From positions 1 through 56,027 of the IMG/VR virus record IMGVR_UViG_3300022871_000021: a stretch of 56,027 bases of DNA; one strand, given 5' to 3'. This DNA is from a virus. Its lineage: Duplodnaviria; Caudoviricetes. Shown piece after piece: positions 18,846-28,583 of this stretch (position 1 is its first letter; each line of letters starts with the position of its first letter). The notes under the pieces are model-generated. The model ran no database searches and was not told the origin of the DNA. It worked only from the letters and a program-made list of their open reading frames with translations. Both the position numbers and the translations under genes were made by a program.

Positions 18846-19304
18846 ATGACAAAAAACTTAATACTAAGGAGATTAATACTACTGGCATTAATACTTAGTC
18901 CAATGCACGCTAGGACGGCACTTGCTATGAATGCTACTGATGAAAAGAAATTAAGTTCTATGAAGTTTGAAGCGAGTAAAAGAGTAAAAGAGTTGCTCGA
19001 GACGGCTAGGAAACGATGGCCTGAATATAAAATAATACTAGCAGAAACTTATAGGACTCAAGAGCGACAGGATAAGCTCTATAAGAAAGGGAAGAACACG
19101 ACTACTGTTAGAATTTCTAAACATACATTAGGACTAGCAGCCGATATATATTTTACTGATGGGAAAAGAATTTTAGCCTACGAAGAAGCCCCATACTTGG
19201 AACTTGGGAAAATGGGAGAAGATTTAGGGTTGACTTGGGGAGGACGTTGGAAGATACCTTTTGACCCTGCTCACTATGAATGGAGAGGTTGGTATAATCA
19301 TTGA
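18846..19304 (+). CDS. M15-family peptidoglycan endopeptidase (L-Ala-D-Glu peptidase-like) with N-terminal signal peptide
   Basis: YRT..RQ..LY, SKH..GLAAD and WGG.W...DPAHYE motifs; start moved to ATG 18846 after SD AGGGAGG; ALA cleavage-like site. Confidence 0.85.
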   Translation: MTKNLILRRLILLALILSPMHARTALAMNATDEKKLSSMKFEASKRVKELLETARKRWPEYKIILAETYRTQERQDKLYKKGKNTTTVRISKHTLGLAADIYFTDGKRILAYEEAPYLELGKMGEDLGLTWGGRWKIPFDPAHYEWRGWYNH

Positions 19305-19837
19305 TACCTAAATATCCTAAATATAAGAGAGAAGAAAAATTAAGTGCGAAATTATCTTTAAAAGATATAGATAACATTAAATTATTATATGCAACTGGGG
19401 AGTTTTCGCAACGAGATTTAGGGAGAAAATTTAATATTGCTCAAGGGACAATAAGAATAGCCTTAATGTCGAAGGAAGACAAAAAAGAACATTATCGAGA
19501 TTTATACGCCAGAGGCATTAGTTGTAGCGTTAAAAAGAGATATGGACAAGAATATCAAAAGAAAGCGTCAAAAAAAGTTATTGAGAGAAAAAAAGATTTA
19601 TATCCCGATGAATATAGAAAATGGCATTCTCATCAATCGTCTAATCATCCTTATAAAAAGACTAAAGAATATAAAGAAAAAATGCGTGAATATTATAAAA
19701 AATATGATGATGCCCGGCGAGAGAAGAGGATAGAATATAATCGTGCATATTATCAGGGAAAAAAGCTTTTGCTAAAATCTAAAAAATATTTCAAAAAAGA
19801 GGTATTATCGTTCAAAGAGAATAGGGATGATAGATGA
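19301..19837 (+). CDS. Basic HTH-containing protein
   Basis: SQRDLGRKFNIAQGTI HTH followed by Lys/Tyr-rich helices. Confidence 0.5.
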   Translation: MIPKYPKYKREEKLSAKLSLKDIDNIKLLYATGEFSQRDLGRKFNIAQGTIRIALMSKEDKKEHYRDLYARGISCSVKKRYGQEYQKKASKKVIERKKDLYPDEYRKWHSHQSSNHPYKKTKEYKEKMREYYKKYDDARREKRIEYNRAYYQGKKLLLKSKKYFKKEVLSFKENRDDR

Positions 19838-19879
19838 TTAAAATTACGGATGATAGCTATAACATAATAGGAGGGAAAG

Positions 19880-20203
19880 ATGACTAAACCTAGATGCGAA
19901 GAATGTAATTGTAGTCTTGAAAAACGTTTTAATACGATTAATGGGGAAACTAGAATGACTCCTTATTGGGTTTGTGTGAATATTAAATGTGAAGATTATC
20001 AAATGCCTAAAGAAATTAAAGGGAAAGAGGGTACGCAAGAATTAAAACCTTGTCCATTTTGCGGAGGAGAGGCAAAAATAGAAAGAAAGGGAACAAGGGG
20101 TCAAAGTATGATTATATCTTGTGTTGATTGTGGTTGCACCCTTGAATCTGGTGATGTATTTGGATTAACTAATATTTTAAAATGGAATAAACGGATTGAT
20201 TAA
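19880..20203 (+). CDS. Lar-family (restriction alleviation-like) zinc-ribbon protein with extra N-terminal Zn finger
   Basis: LKPCPFCGGEA...CVDCG...WNKR. Confidence 0.75.
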   Translation: MTKPRCEECNCSLEKRFNTINGETRMTPYWVCVNIKCEDYQMPKEIKGKEGTQELKPCPFCGGEAKIERKGTRGQSMIISCVDCGCTLESGDVFGLTNILKWNKRID

Positions 20204-20220
20204 TAAGAATATTAAAAGAC

Positions 20221-20595
20221 TTGAGGACAAAGATGCTTGAAGACGACCTAACTAGAGCGGGATATAAAAAGATAGTAGGGTTTCCTAAGTACCGGATAAC
20301 TAATGACGGCAATATCTGGATAACAGATATGGGAAGGATTATGAAATCATTTACTTCCGCTCGGGGTTATGAAGTTCTTGCCTTATGGAACAACAGAAAA
20401 AGGACAAGAGTTATGGTTCACAGATTAGTTGCTATTGCCTTTGTAAGGAATAATAAATGTCTCAGATTTGTAAGACATAAAGATGAAAACAGAAAGAATA
20501 ATTGTTCGGATAACTTGGAATGGTATGGAACGTATTACAAAAAAGAAGATGAGAAAATCCCAATTTATAATACACGCAAAAGAAAAGGAGCATGA
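20221..20595 (+). CDS. NUMOD4/HNH-type homing endonuclease-like protein
   Basis: GFPKYRITNDG, VHRLVAIAFV, VRHKDENRKNN..DNLEW. Confidence 0.8.
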   Translation: MRTKMLEDDLTRAGYKKIVGFPKYRITNDGNIWITDMGRIMKSFTSARGYEVLALWNNRKRTRVMVHRLVAIAFVRNNKCLRFVRHKDENRKNNCSDNLEWYGTYYKKEDEKIPIYNTRKRKGA

Positions 20596-20598
20596 AAA

Positions 20599-20937
20599 AT
20601 GAATTTTGAAAAATATAAAAATTTAATGGAATATCCATATAGACCTCATAAACCATTCCTAGAAAGAGGCCATACATCTAATGAAGCACGAAATTATACG
20701 AGTTCGTTAAGGGTTTATGAGTCGTTGATGGTTAGATTTAGAGAAGGACGCCAAAAGTATCATGACGAAGGTAATAGATTGAATGAACAATTTAAGCAAG
20801 ATGCTTTTAAAGAACTTAGTATTCAAAATAACGAAAAGAAAGAAAAGCTATGGTCAAAGGCATGGGAAGAAGGCCATAGTGGTGGTTTAAATGAAGTTTG
20901 GATTTACATGCAAGACCTTGTAGAATTGATTAGTTAA
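20599..20937 (+). CDS. Conserved phage hypothetical protein
   Basis: KAWEEGHSGG..EV...DLVEL motif common in phage small proteins. Confidence 0.6.
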   Translation: MNFEKYKNLMEYPYRPHKPFLERGHTSNEARNYTSSLRVYESLMVRFREGRQKYHDEGNRLNEQFKQDAFKELSIQNNEKKEKLWSKAWEEGHSGGLNEVWIYMQDLVELIS

Positions 20938-20959
20938 TCTATATAAAGGAGCGTGAACA

Positions 20960-21363
20960 ATGAAGATAAAAATAGGTGATGTTTACACTGTAAGAAAGGC
21001 AGCAGCAAAGAGGTTGGGCATACATCCAAATGTTATTGCAGCTAATATGGGTGGAAATTCTGCATTTTACGCTTTGTGTTTAGCAAAAGATAATATAAAA
21101 CTTGATTCCAACTTAAAGGCAATATTGCATTATTATTTAGTAATTTTTTACACCGAGTGTGTGAAATGAACGAACAAAAAGTAACCTCATTAAAAATAAA
21201 TATAAAAGAGTTAAGCAGTGTTCTTGCAAAACATTTTGATGCTGGAAGTTGCTACATCGTAAGCGCTAAGATAAGTTCTCCGACAAGAAAACATATTCCA
21301 GACTTTTATACTCTTGGAGAAAAAGGATTATTAACAATCGAACTTGAGGTAACTAATGAATAA
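20960..21363 (+). CDS. Two small hypothetical proteins (about 20960-21169 and 21166-21363)
   Basis: SD AAGGAG; overlapping start/stop junctions. Confidence 0.45.
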
Positions 21364-21754
21364 AGAAAAACTTAAACCATGTCCGTTTTGCGGAGAAGAA
21401 GCAGAATATAACTACGAGCCGATAGGAAGAGATAATCATTTTATGGGAGAGAGTTTTATCTATTGTAAAGAATGTGGAGTTGGTTTTAATAGCTTCAAAT
21501 TATCTGAAAAAGAATTAATGAAAGCATGGAACACAAGAGCCGAAGACAAGGTGAAAGATGATATGCTAAATGAGCTTAAAAATATAAACAAATGGCTTGA
21601 AGATTGCGATAATGATTACGAAGTTGTTACTAAAACAGGTTTCGTTTATAGACCGATTGGAATAATAAAAGAAATATTAATTTATCAAATCAAAAAAGAA
21701 GAAGAATATAAAAAATGGGCTGAAAGCAATTGGAATGAAGAAATCACACCTTAA
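21356..21754 (+). CDS. Second Lar-family zinc-ribbon protein
   Basis: LKPCPFCGEEA...CKECG...AWNTRA. Confidence 0.75.
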   Translation: MNKEKLKPCPFCGEEAEYNYEPIGRDNHFMGESFIYCKECGVGFNSFKLSEKELMKAWNTRAEDKVKDDMLNELKNINKWLEDCDNDYEVVTKTGFVYRPIGIIKEILIYQIKKEEEYKKWAESNWNEEITP

Positions 21755-21780
21755 GCAATTTAAAACGAAGAAGAGAGATT

Positions 21781-21972
21781 ATGAACTTAATAGATGACAA
21801 AATAGCAATACAATGGTATTTAATTCCGGCTATAGCCATATTAATTTTATTTTCTATATGCGTGTTATCTTTTGTGGAAGAAGGCCCTAAATTGCCCGAA
21901 ACCCTTGACCACAGTCGATTACAGAGGGTTTCAGACGAAATACGACCTAGACCATGGGTAAATACCGAATGA
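21781..21972 (+). CDS. Small single-TM protein
   Basis: WYLIPAIAILILFSICVLSFV. Confidence 0.45.
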   Translation: MNLIDDKIAIQWYLIPAIAILILFSICVLSFVEEGPKLPETLDHSRLQRVSDEIRPRPWVNTE

Positions 21973-22063
21973 AGCAGATAGTCATTATCACGAATTTAGG
22001 GATGAATGATAGATATTATGGATGATGGCTATAATACCACGAAAGACAAATGAAAGGAAGAAG

Positions 22064-22504
22064 ATGAGTATATATTTAACTGATAAACAATATTTAGAAT
22101 TACTTCAGAAACTTCGGATTGACTTAGACAAAACCGAAAAGATTCTTTTCGAAGATAGCACAGAAACAGGCTATAAACATACTGTAACTAATGTCGGATT
22201 GTGTGCAGGGGAAGTAACGGAAACTAATTGGTCTAAGGATAAACACCTTACCAGAGAAACAGCAATGTGGCCTAAAGAATTTGATAAAATAGGTAAAGTT
22301 AAATATGAAAGTCCTCAAATGTTTACAAGAAAATATAAAAGGAAAAATCATAAATGCCCTTTCGCCGAGAAAGGTACAAACACAGATGGTTGTTTTTATA
22401 GATGTAAAATTTTCCAGAAAAAGTATAAAATACCTTCGATAGAAGAGGCAAAACAGATGTACGATAAATGTATCGATGAGGTTAAAAATAAACTAGGATT
22501 ATAG
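22064..22504 (+). CDS. Hypothetical Cys-containing protein
   Basis: Start probably ATG 22064 after AAGGAAG; HKCPF...GCFYRC. Confidence 0.5.
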   Translation: MSIYLTDKQYLELLQKLRIDLDKTEKILFEDSTETGYKHTVTNVGLCAGEVTETNWSKDKHLTRETAMWPKEFDKIGKVKYESPQMFTRKYKRKNHKCPFAEKGTNTDGCFYRCKIFQKKYKIPSIEEAKQMYDKCIDEVKNKLGL

Positions 22505-22545
22505 TGTTGATTTTATGGCCATAATCAAATTGAAGGAGGTCAAAG

Positions 22546-23316
22546 ATGGAAAAAGTGAATTTCGACGTAGAGTTAAAGGGAATTAAAGTTGACGGAGGGG
22601 AAGAAATTCCAGACAGAAAGGCGGTAGTTAGAACTGATTCTGGTAAAGTTCTCGGGATAGTAGGAAACTCATATACTCCTATTCATCACAGAACAGTAAT
22701 TGAAACTTTTGATTCAATGGAGTTTCTTAAAAGAAAAAGAATAGATGTTTGTCGGGATGGTTCGGTGATGTTTGCTCAGTATGATATCGGAAATGGTCAG
22801 GCATTACAGACCGAGGTTGCCGTTGGAGATGTAGTTAGTTTTGGCCTAAGAGCGTTTAATTCTTTTAATCTACAATTTGGAGTTGGATTTGAATTGAATG
22901 CTAACCGTCTAGTTTGCACAAATGGTCTTGTTGTTCCAAAGGCTATGGCTAGATTATCGATGAGGCATTTTCGAAACATTAGTACCGATGGATTCGAAGA
23001 TGTAATAAAAGAGAAGATGAAGGAATTTGGCCCTACGATTGAGATTTGGAGAAATTGGATGAAGATTAAGCCTTCAGAGTCAAGAGTTGAACAATTTTTT
23101 AAAGATGTAAATATAGGGCAGAGGCTCGGGAAGCAACTCTGGAACGAAGCGATTGACGAAACTAAAAAGCTTGGAGTTTGGGGCCTATATAATACTTTTA
23201 CAAAATATGTTACTCATGACTTAAAGATAAGGGGTAACGAATCTAATCGAATGATGTCGGTTAGGAGTAAAGAAAGAGAATTGCTCCATAAATTCTATAA
23301 TTATAATTGGAATTGA
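22546..23316 (+). CDS. DUF932-family protein
   Basis: AVVRTD.G.VLGIVG..Y, NSFN and RLVCTNGL motifs. Confidence 0.85.
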   Translation: MEKVNFDVELKGIKVDGGEEIPDRKAVVRTDSGKVLGIVGNSYTPIHHRTVIETFDSMEFLKRKRIDVCRDGSVMFAQYDIGNGQALQTEVAVGDVVSFGLRAFNSFNLQFGVGFELNANRLVCTNGLVVPKAMARLSMRHFRNISTDGFEDVIKEKMKEFGPTIEIWRNWMKIKPSESRVEQFFKDVNIGQRLGKQLWNEAIDETKKLGVWGLYNTFTKYVTHDLKIRGNESNRMMSVRSKERELLHKFYNYNWN

Positions 23317-23374
23317 TGGCGGAAGGTTTTTTAGTTTTAATAAAAATTTAAAAAATGTTGTGAGAGATAAACGA

Positions 23375-23467
23375 ATTATAAAGAAGTTTTGACAGAACAT
23401 TCTAGTATGTTATATTATGTTATAAGATGGAACAAATAAAAGATGATGGCTATAATATAATAGGAGG
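23375..23467 (+). repeat. 93-bp direct repeat, copy 1 (class A promoter + class B motif + SD)
   Basis: Identical to 26342-26434 except for one base. Confidence 0.95.
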
Positions 23468-23471
23468 GAAG

Positions 23472-24485
23472 ATGAATAGAACGATTAAAAAATATGAATT
23501 AGACCTAGAACAAATTGAAGCCTCAAAAGCTAGCGGTGGAGCGATATATACCATCCCCGAAAACATTTGGGAGACGTACGGATGGATTGCCGAAGAAAAA
23601 CTGGACGGGACGAGACTCAAGATGCACATAACTCCAGAAGGCAATAGATTTGATACTAGAAGGATATCCGATAAGACTCAAAAATTTATGGAAAGAACGA
23701 ATAACTTCCCACATTTAAGAGATTTAGAATTGGTAGAATTTAAGGGAACGATACTTGACGGAGAAGGGATTGCCCCCGTTAAAATAGATACGATGGGAGC
23801 TACACAAAGTATAGTGGGGGCGAGCCCAGAACACGCTTGGGAAAGACAGCAAGATATCGGATGGATTAAATATAGAACATTCGATTTAATAAAGTATCAA
23901 GGGAAAGACGCTAGAGCCATACCATTTCGTGAAAGAAGAATTATATTAGAAGATATAGTAAAGAAAATAAGATTAAAATATCCTGATACGACAATAGAAA
24001 TTCTTGTACAAAGAACCAAGAATATGAAAAAATTCTATGAGTTAGAAATTGGAATGGGAAAAGAAGGAATAATGTTAAAGAATCTAGATGGTTTATATGG
24101 AGATATACATAGTTTATTAAAAGTTAAAAAACATACTAGACTCACAATGATAGTGACAGGGTTTAAGGATGGGGCGGGAAAGCATAAAGGTAAAGTCGGA
24201 AGCGTGGGGATAGGATTTTATGGAGAAAAACAACTTACATATGCCGGAGGACTTTCAGATGTTTTAAGACAGGATATGCAAGATAACCCAAACGAATATC
24301 TCGGGAAAACGATTGAAATAGAATGCCAAGAATTTACTAAAACGGGGGCTCTAAGGCATCCAAGAGTAGTAGGAACAAATGACAAGAGAAATTCACAGGA
24401 TATAGAGCAAGAAAAATTAAGAATATTTAGACTTGATAAAAATCCAGAAGATTGCAAGAGAAGCCAAGAAATAAAAATTCGATAA
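23472..24485 (+). CDS. lig: ATP-dependent DNA ligase
   Basis: Motif I EEKLDGTR, ILDGE, FDLI, EGIMLK, KVK and OB-fold LRHP; true start ATG 23472 after SD. Confidence 0.92.
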   Translation: MNRTIKKYELDLEQIEASKASGGAIYTIPENIWETYGWIAEEKLDGTRLKMHITPEGNRFDTRRISDKTQKFMERTNNFPHLRDLELVEFKGTILDGEGIAPVKIDTMGATQSIVGASPEHAWERQQDIGWIKYRTFDLIKYQGKDARAIPFRERRIILEDIVKKIRLKYPDTTIEILVQRTKNMKKFYELEIGMGKEGIMLKNLDGLYGDIHSLLKVKKHTRLTMIVTGFKDGAGKHKGKVGSVGIGFYGEKQLTYAGGLSDVLRQDMQDNPNEYLGKTIEIECQEFTKTGALRHPRVVGTNDKRNSQDIEQEKLRIFRLDKNPEDCKRSQEIKIR

Positions 24486-24508
24486 TTTAGGTTTAGGGAA
24501 AATAAAAA

Positions 24509-24862
24509 ATGAAAATACTTGTGGCTACAAACAAAGGATTTGAGAAAAATAAATTTGATATCCTTCAATGTAAAGAGAATGAGCCTGTGATGTTCGGCCT
24601 TAATTATAAAAATATGATAGGAATGGAAACCTTAAAGATTACTTCAGCCTTTAAAGTTATAAATTCAAGCCTAACTCCTTCAGAGATTAAAGGAAAAATC
24701 AAGTCTGCTGAAATGAAGTTAGGGTGGTATAGAATAATGAATAAAATCGATTTTAACGCTGATATTACGGAAGAGGCTGAAATTCTCTTACTACTAGCGG
24801 ATGAATGGCCTACAAGGGTTATACTTGAACGTACAGAGGGTTTCATAGACAAAAGGACCTAG
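24509..24862 (+). CDS. Hypothetical protein
   Basis: MKILVAT..G....D.....E.E.V.F N-terminal motif seen in other small phage proteins. Confidence 0.5.
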   Translation: MKILVATNKGFEKNKFDILQCKENEPVMFGLNYKNMIGMETLKITSAFKVINSSLTPSEIKGKIKSAEMKLGWYRIMNKIDFNADITEEAEILLLLADEWPTRVILERTEGFIDKRT

Positions 24863-24915
24863 ACTATGGGTAAATATTTACTATTAGTGATGACCATTTA
24901 ACTAAGGAGGATATT

Positions 24916-25053
24916 ATGCCACATACAAAAGGAAAGTGGGAAGCAGTAAAGGGAGATGGTTGTTTTCATTTATTTGTAGATTCTAAGAAAGCTAATACCG
25001 ATAATGACCTCGGAGATATATTTAATGAAGATAGAGCCAAGGGGGGAAAATGA
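24916..25053 (+). CDS. Short HT(P/K)G.W-type phage protein, 45 aa, possibly internally deleted
   Basis: SD TAAGGAGG; MPHTKGKWEAV start; paralogous start at 51698. Confidence 0.45.
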   Translation: MPHTKGKWEAVKGDGCFHLFVDSKKANTDNDLGDIFNEDRAKGGK

Positions 25054-25421
25054 AAGCATTTACAGACAGACAAAAAGTTTTACTTTATAAAAAGAATATG
25101 GAACAATGCCATGTTCAAAAACCAGCATTTTTTATAGGCAATTTAGTTAAAATAGTAGATGTAGGTAATATTTGCATCAACGAAGTGTATATTGATTCCG
25201 CTAGCGGATGGGGAAAACCGATTGGTGTATGGGAATATTTAGATAAGATAAGAACAGAAAGAGTAGGTACTTATGGTCGTATTATATCGATGAGTTACTT
25301 AAATGTAAGAACTAGACCAATAGTAAAAAAATGGAGTTATTTTGTAAAATTTAAAGATGGCGCAAAGATTGTATTTGGGGAATCTTATCTTATCTACAAG
25401 GTAAAAATCATTAATAATTAA
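25050..25421 (+). CDS. Hypothetical protein (SH3-like pattern)
   Basis: F.IG.LVKI...WSYFVKF......F.E..L. Confidence 0.45.
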   Translation: MKAFTDRQKVLLYKKNMEQCHVQKPAFFIGNLVKIVDVGNICINEVYIDSASGWGKPIGVWEYLDKIRTERVGTYGRIISMSYLNVRTRPIVKKWSYFVKFKDGAKIVFGESYLIYKVKIINN

Positions 25422-25565
25422 ATTTAGAAAATATAATGGAGGAATTATGAAATATCTTACATTAATTGCTGAAAAAATAATATATTTTTTATATATAGGG
25501 TTGTCAAAGTTGGTTGATTTTGTTGAACAAGCTATAGAGAAAAATAGGAGAAGGGAGGGATAAAT

Positions 25566-25751
25566 ATGTATCGTTTTATCATTTGTATTCTATTTATATT
25601 TTTAATGGGTTGCGCTACTCCTTCGCCAAAGACTTATCAAAGAATTGAAGATACCGCTTGGAAAGAGAAAACTTCTACGTCTAGATTTTATAATATATCT
25701 AGTAAGCTTGAAAAGGGATTATTTAATGATTGCATTAATTATTCACGATAA
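25566..25751 (+). CDS. Small lipoprotein
   Basis: Signal peptide with lipobox LMG-C. Confidence 0.55.
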   Translation: MYRFIICILFIFLMGCATPSPKTYQRIEDTAWKEKTSTSRFYNISSKLEKGLFNDCINYSR

Positions 25752-25768
25752 GGAAGTGGGTATAATTT

Positions 25769-26011
25769 ATGGGAAATTTTAAAGTTCAAATCAAAGAACC
25801 TGCCCAATTAGTTACTCTTGAAAAAATAATTTGGTTCGGAAAACATAAAAACAAAAGTATTAAAAATATAATTGACAACGAAGACGGGGGAGCAAATTAT
25901 ATTTGTTGGATGATAAATTCAGATATTATAGAATTAGATGTAGATGGAGTCAGTTATTTAGAGGTTGCGGAAAATGAGAATTATTTAGATTGTGACGAAA
26001 ATGATAGATAA
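25769..26011 (+). CDS. FGKHK-motif small protein (DUF3820/ExoX C-terminal-like)
   Basis: WFGKHKNKSI....Y.CW. Confidence 0.55.
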   Translation: MGNFKVQIKEPAQLVTLEKIIWFGKHKNKSIKNIIDNEDGGANYICWMINSDIIELDVDGVSYLEVAENENYLDCDENDR

Positions 26012-26339
26012 AAATGATTATATTCTTGGGGTTTGGCATTGCGAAAGACTTAGAGGAAATGATAAAGGTTATGCTTTTGTAATAGCTAAAAAGCCTAAAG
26101 AGGGAAACTGGCAATTATTGATTAAAACTCATACAAAAAATTTAGCTTCGAAAGAGCCTTTAATTTTAACTTTTGATGATTCTCCGGATATAGATACTAT
26201 AAAATTAAGGGCTGAATTAGTGTTCGAACCTGCGAAAAGTTTCTTCCCAGATTTTTCTGAGTATGTTGAAGTTAAAGGTTCTAAAGAAAAGTTATTACTT
26301 TTGGTAGCTGAAGCTAGATTTCATGGAAAGATTAAATAA
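25992..26339 (+). CDS. Hypothetical protein
   Basis: ORF packing only. Confidence 0.45.
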   Translation: MTKMIDKNDYILGVWHCERLRGNDKGYAFVIAKKPKEGNWQLLIKTHTKNLASKEPLILTFDDSPDIDTIKLRAELVFEPAKSFFPDFSEYVEVKGSKEKLLLLVAEARFHGKIK

Positions 26340-26341
26340 AT

Positions 26342-26434
26342 ATTATAAAGAAATTTTGACAGAACATTCTAGTATGTTATATTATGTTATAAGATGGAAC
26401 AAATAAAAGATGATGGCTATAATATAATAGGAGG
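26342..26434 (+). repeat. 93-bp direct repeat, copy 2
   Basis: Matches 23375-23467. Confidence 0.95.
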
Positions 26435-26444
26435 AAGAAACAAA

Positions 26445-26591
26445 ATGAAAAAAGAAAAATCAGGATGTAACGGTTATTATTTAGATAGTAATGGGAAACA
26501 TTGTGATGTAATACTTACCCGAGACGTAAAGTTATCTGATTGTAAAAAGTGTAGTTGTCCTTCAAATCAGTATTCAAGGGAAAAGAAGTAG
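26445..26591 (+). CDS. Small Cys-rich protein
   Basis: True start ATG 26445 after the SD in the repeat; five Cys. Confidence 0.45.
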   Translation: MKKEKSGCNGYYLDSNGKHCDVILTRDVKLSDCKKCSCPSNQYSREKK

Positions 26592-26603
26592 AGGGGAAAA
26601 TAA

Positions 26604-27059
26604 ATGAATGTGAAAGAAGTAATAACGCTCGGAAGAAATAAACTTGATGAAAATGGATTATCTGAATGGAAAATAAAAGCAGAAAGAGCTTATAGCCGAG
26701 CGGGAGTATGTTTTTCCTATGAAAAAGAAATTAGAATATCAAAACAATATATAGAAATAATGTCTGATGAAGATATCTTAGATACGATATTCCACGAAAT
26801 AGCACACGCTATAATCGGAATAGGTCATGGGCATGATAACGTTTGGAAAAAGAAATGTTTAGACCTTGGGTGTAGACCTAATAGGCTTCTTTCCAATGAA
26901 TTTCAAGTCGAAAGAAAATGGGTTGCGGTATGTTCGGCTTGTGGGGCTAGATTTGGACGAATGAAGAGAGCCAAAGAACGACGTTGGTGTGGCGAATGCG
27001 ATAATAAAATGATAGGTCATGGACTAAAATTTAAACCAAATATCAAATATAAAGGATGA
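26604..27059 (+). CDS. SprT-like metalloprotease with C-terminal zinc ribbon
   Basis: RAGVC, HEIAHA...GHD..WK, CSAC...CGEC. Confidence 0.88.
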   Translation: MNVKEVITLGRNKLDENGLSEWKIKAERAYSRAGVCFSYEKEIRISKQYIEIMSDEDILDTIFHEIAHAIIGIGHGHDNVWKKKCLDLGCRPNRLLSNEFQVERKWVAVCSACGARFGRMKRAKERRWCGECDNKMIGHGLKFKPNIKYKG

Positions 27060-27063
27060 TAAA

Positions 27064-27249
27064 ATGTCTAGAACGTTAAATAAAAAACAAAAGGAATATC
27101 TAATTCGTCAGTTTGAAGATGGAGTTAGGGAATGCAATCATTTAACTCCAAAAGAATTAAAAGTTTTAGAGCGGATGAATAACCATGAAGCTTTATATTA
27201 TAATATTAATAGATTTTTAGCTGACCGAAAAACTGAAGTAGGATATTGA
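27064..27249 (+). CDS. Hypothetical protein
   Basis: ORF packing. Confidence 0.45.
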   Translation: MSRTLNKKQKEYLIRQFEDGVRECNHLTPKELKVLERMNNHEALYYNINRFLADRKTEVGY

Positions 27250-27381
27250 AACGGGAAAAATATTTTAATCGAGAGGTAAAAATGAATTGTAAAAAATGTA
27301 ATAAACCGATGATGAAGGACGGAAAAAGTTGGGTATGTCCATACTGCAACGTAACCGTATCTTTTGGAAAGGAGAAGAAAG

Positions 27382-27801
27382 ATGGGGGACGGAAATAATA
27401 AGGTAGTTAAAAGGGGTGAAGCAGTCAAAACGGAAAAGATTTTAAGTGAATATGATTTAATACAATTTACAGGAACGGAACATTATTATAGACACTCTCT
27501 ATCAGGATTTGTTTACACAGATGGTGTTGCGTTTATGGCCGAAAAGGGAGGAGCTTATTGGCTAATAGATAAAATTTTAATAACAACTAAACATTTAGAG
27601 GATGAAGAGGTGAGAGCTAAAATGGAGGCATTTGGAGTTTGGATTTTACAGAAAAATCCTGACGGCTCAGCAGTCCTTGAATGCGAAGACGGTAATGGTA
27701 ATTCCCTTTATAAAGAGAATATTAATTGGTCTGATTTTCCAATGAATAAAATTACATTATGGTCAATTAATGGAATTTTAATCCTACCTAGTGAATATTG
27801 A
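27382..27801 (+). CDS. DUF6876-like protein
   Basis: QFTGTEHYYRH...YTDGV..AE..GAYWLID.I ... DFP...LPSEY. Confidence 0.75.
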   Translation: MGDGNNKVVKRGEAVKTEKILSEYDLIQFTGTEHYYRHSLSGFVYTDGVAFMAEKGGAYWLIDKILITTKHLEDEEVRAKMEAFGVWILQKNPDGSAVLECEDGNGNSLYKENINWSDFPMNKITLWSINGILILPSEY

Positions 27802-27930
27802 CCTAGATAGACCTCTAGAACAGGGCAAATTCTTTACTGGAGACCTGTGGGGATGAGTCTAGACGAAAAGGGATATGGACTATAGGTAGGTTTATAAAGT
27901 GGCCTAAAATGGATTTAAACGAGAAATTAA

Positions 27931-28203
27931 ATGAAGAGTTTAACTCAACTTGCTTATGAATTAAATATTTGTCCTTCTTGGATAAATAAAGCAATATTAA
28001 GAACAGGTGGGAAATTAGGTCAAAGCGGAAAACCCGTATTATATACTATAAAAGAAGAAAATAAAATTTCTTTGATAAGATTTTATAGACTATTAAGCTA
28101 TAGTTTCCAAGAAATTAAAGAATTTTTAGATATTAATATTATTCCAGAAGATTTGCATATAAGAAAGAATAAAATAAAAAAAATATTAAATAAATATGAA
28201 TAA
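27931..28203 (+). CDS. MerR-like HTH protein
   Basis: LTQLAYELNI.PS.I ... YT......I..IR.YR.L..S..EIKE.L. Confidence 0.55.
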   Translation: MKSLTQLAYELNICPSWINKAILRTGGKLGQSGKPVLYTIKEENKISLIRFYRLLSYSFQEIKEFLDINIIPEDLHIRKNKIKKILNKYE

Positions 28204-28368
28204 AGAAGAATTAATTAAAGTATTAGATGCATTTGAAATTGTCTTAAAAGAGAACGTCGAACTGAGAAGAGACGCTTTAACGTTTATGGTTGAGAAAGGT
28301 TTATGGGATGAATTTATGAAGTATCATTGGGCGGAACGTCTTAAAAATACGACAAATCTAAAGGGAGA

Positions 28369-28554
28369 TTGATTAAAATGGTTAATAAGATTAAGGTCTC
28401 AGCTAGACTTCGGGCTACGATAAAGGTTTCAAATTTAGTAGGTTTAAAATATGATACTAAGAAAAATCCCTACGGAGGCTTTTATACTGTTTTAGAGCTA
28501 GAAAGAATTGTAGAAAAAATAGAGGCTCTACAGACTCTATCGCCCACGAAATAG
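28369..28554 (+). CDS. Hypothetical protein
   Basis: ORF packing. Confidence 0.4.
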   Translation: MIKMVNKIKVSARLRATIKVSNLVGLKYDTKKNPYGGFYTVLELERIVEKIEALQTLSPTK

Positions 28555-28583
28555 CTATAATATAAAAAGAAACAGCTTTCTTC

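Noticed and set aside
23427-23471. Shared N-terminal peptide MEQIKDDGYNIIGG on the ligase and the 26394 ORF
   Set aside because: Artefact of translating the 93-bp promoter repeat; the real starts follow the SD
27845-27872. Hammerhead-like GATGAGTC..GACGAAA
   Set aside because: Lacks the CUGAUGA core, stem II would have a 2-nt loop, and stems I and III are not evident
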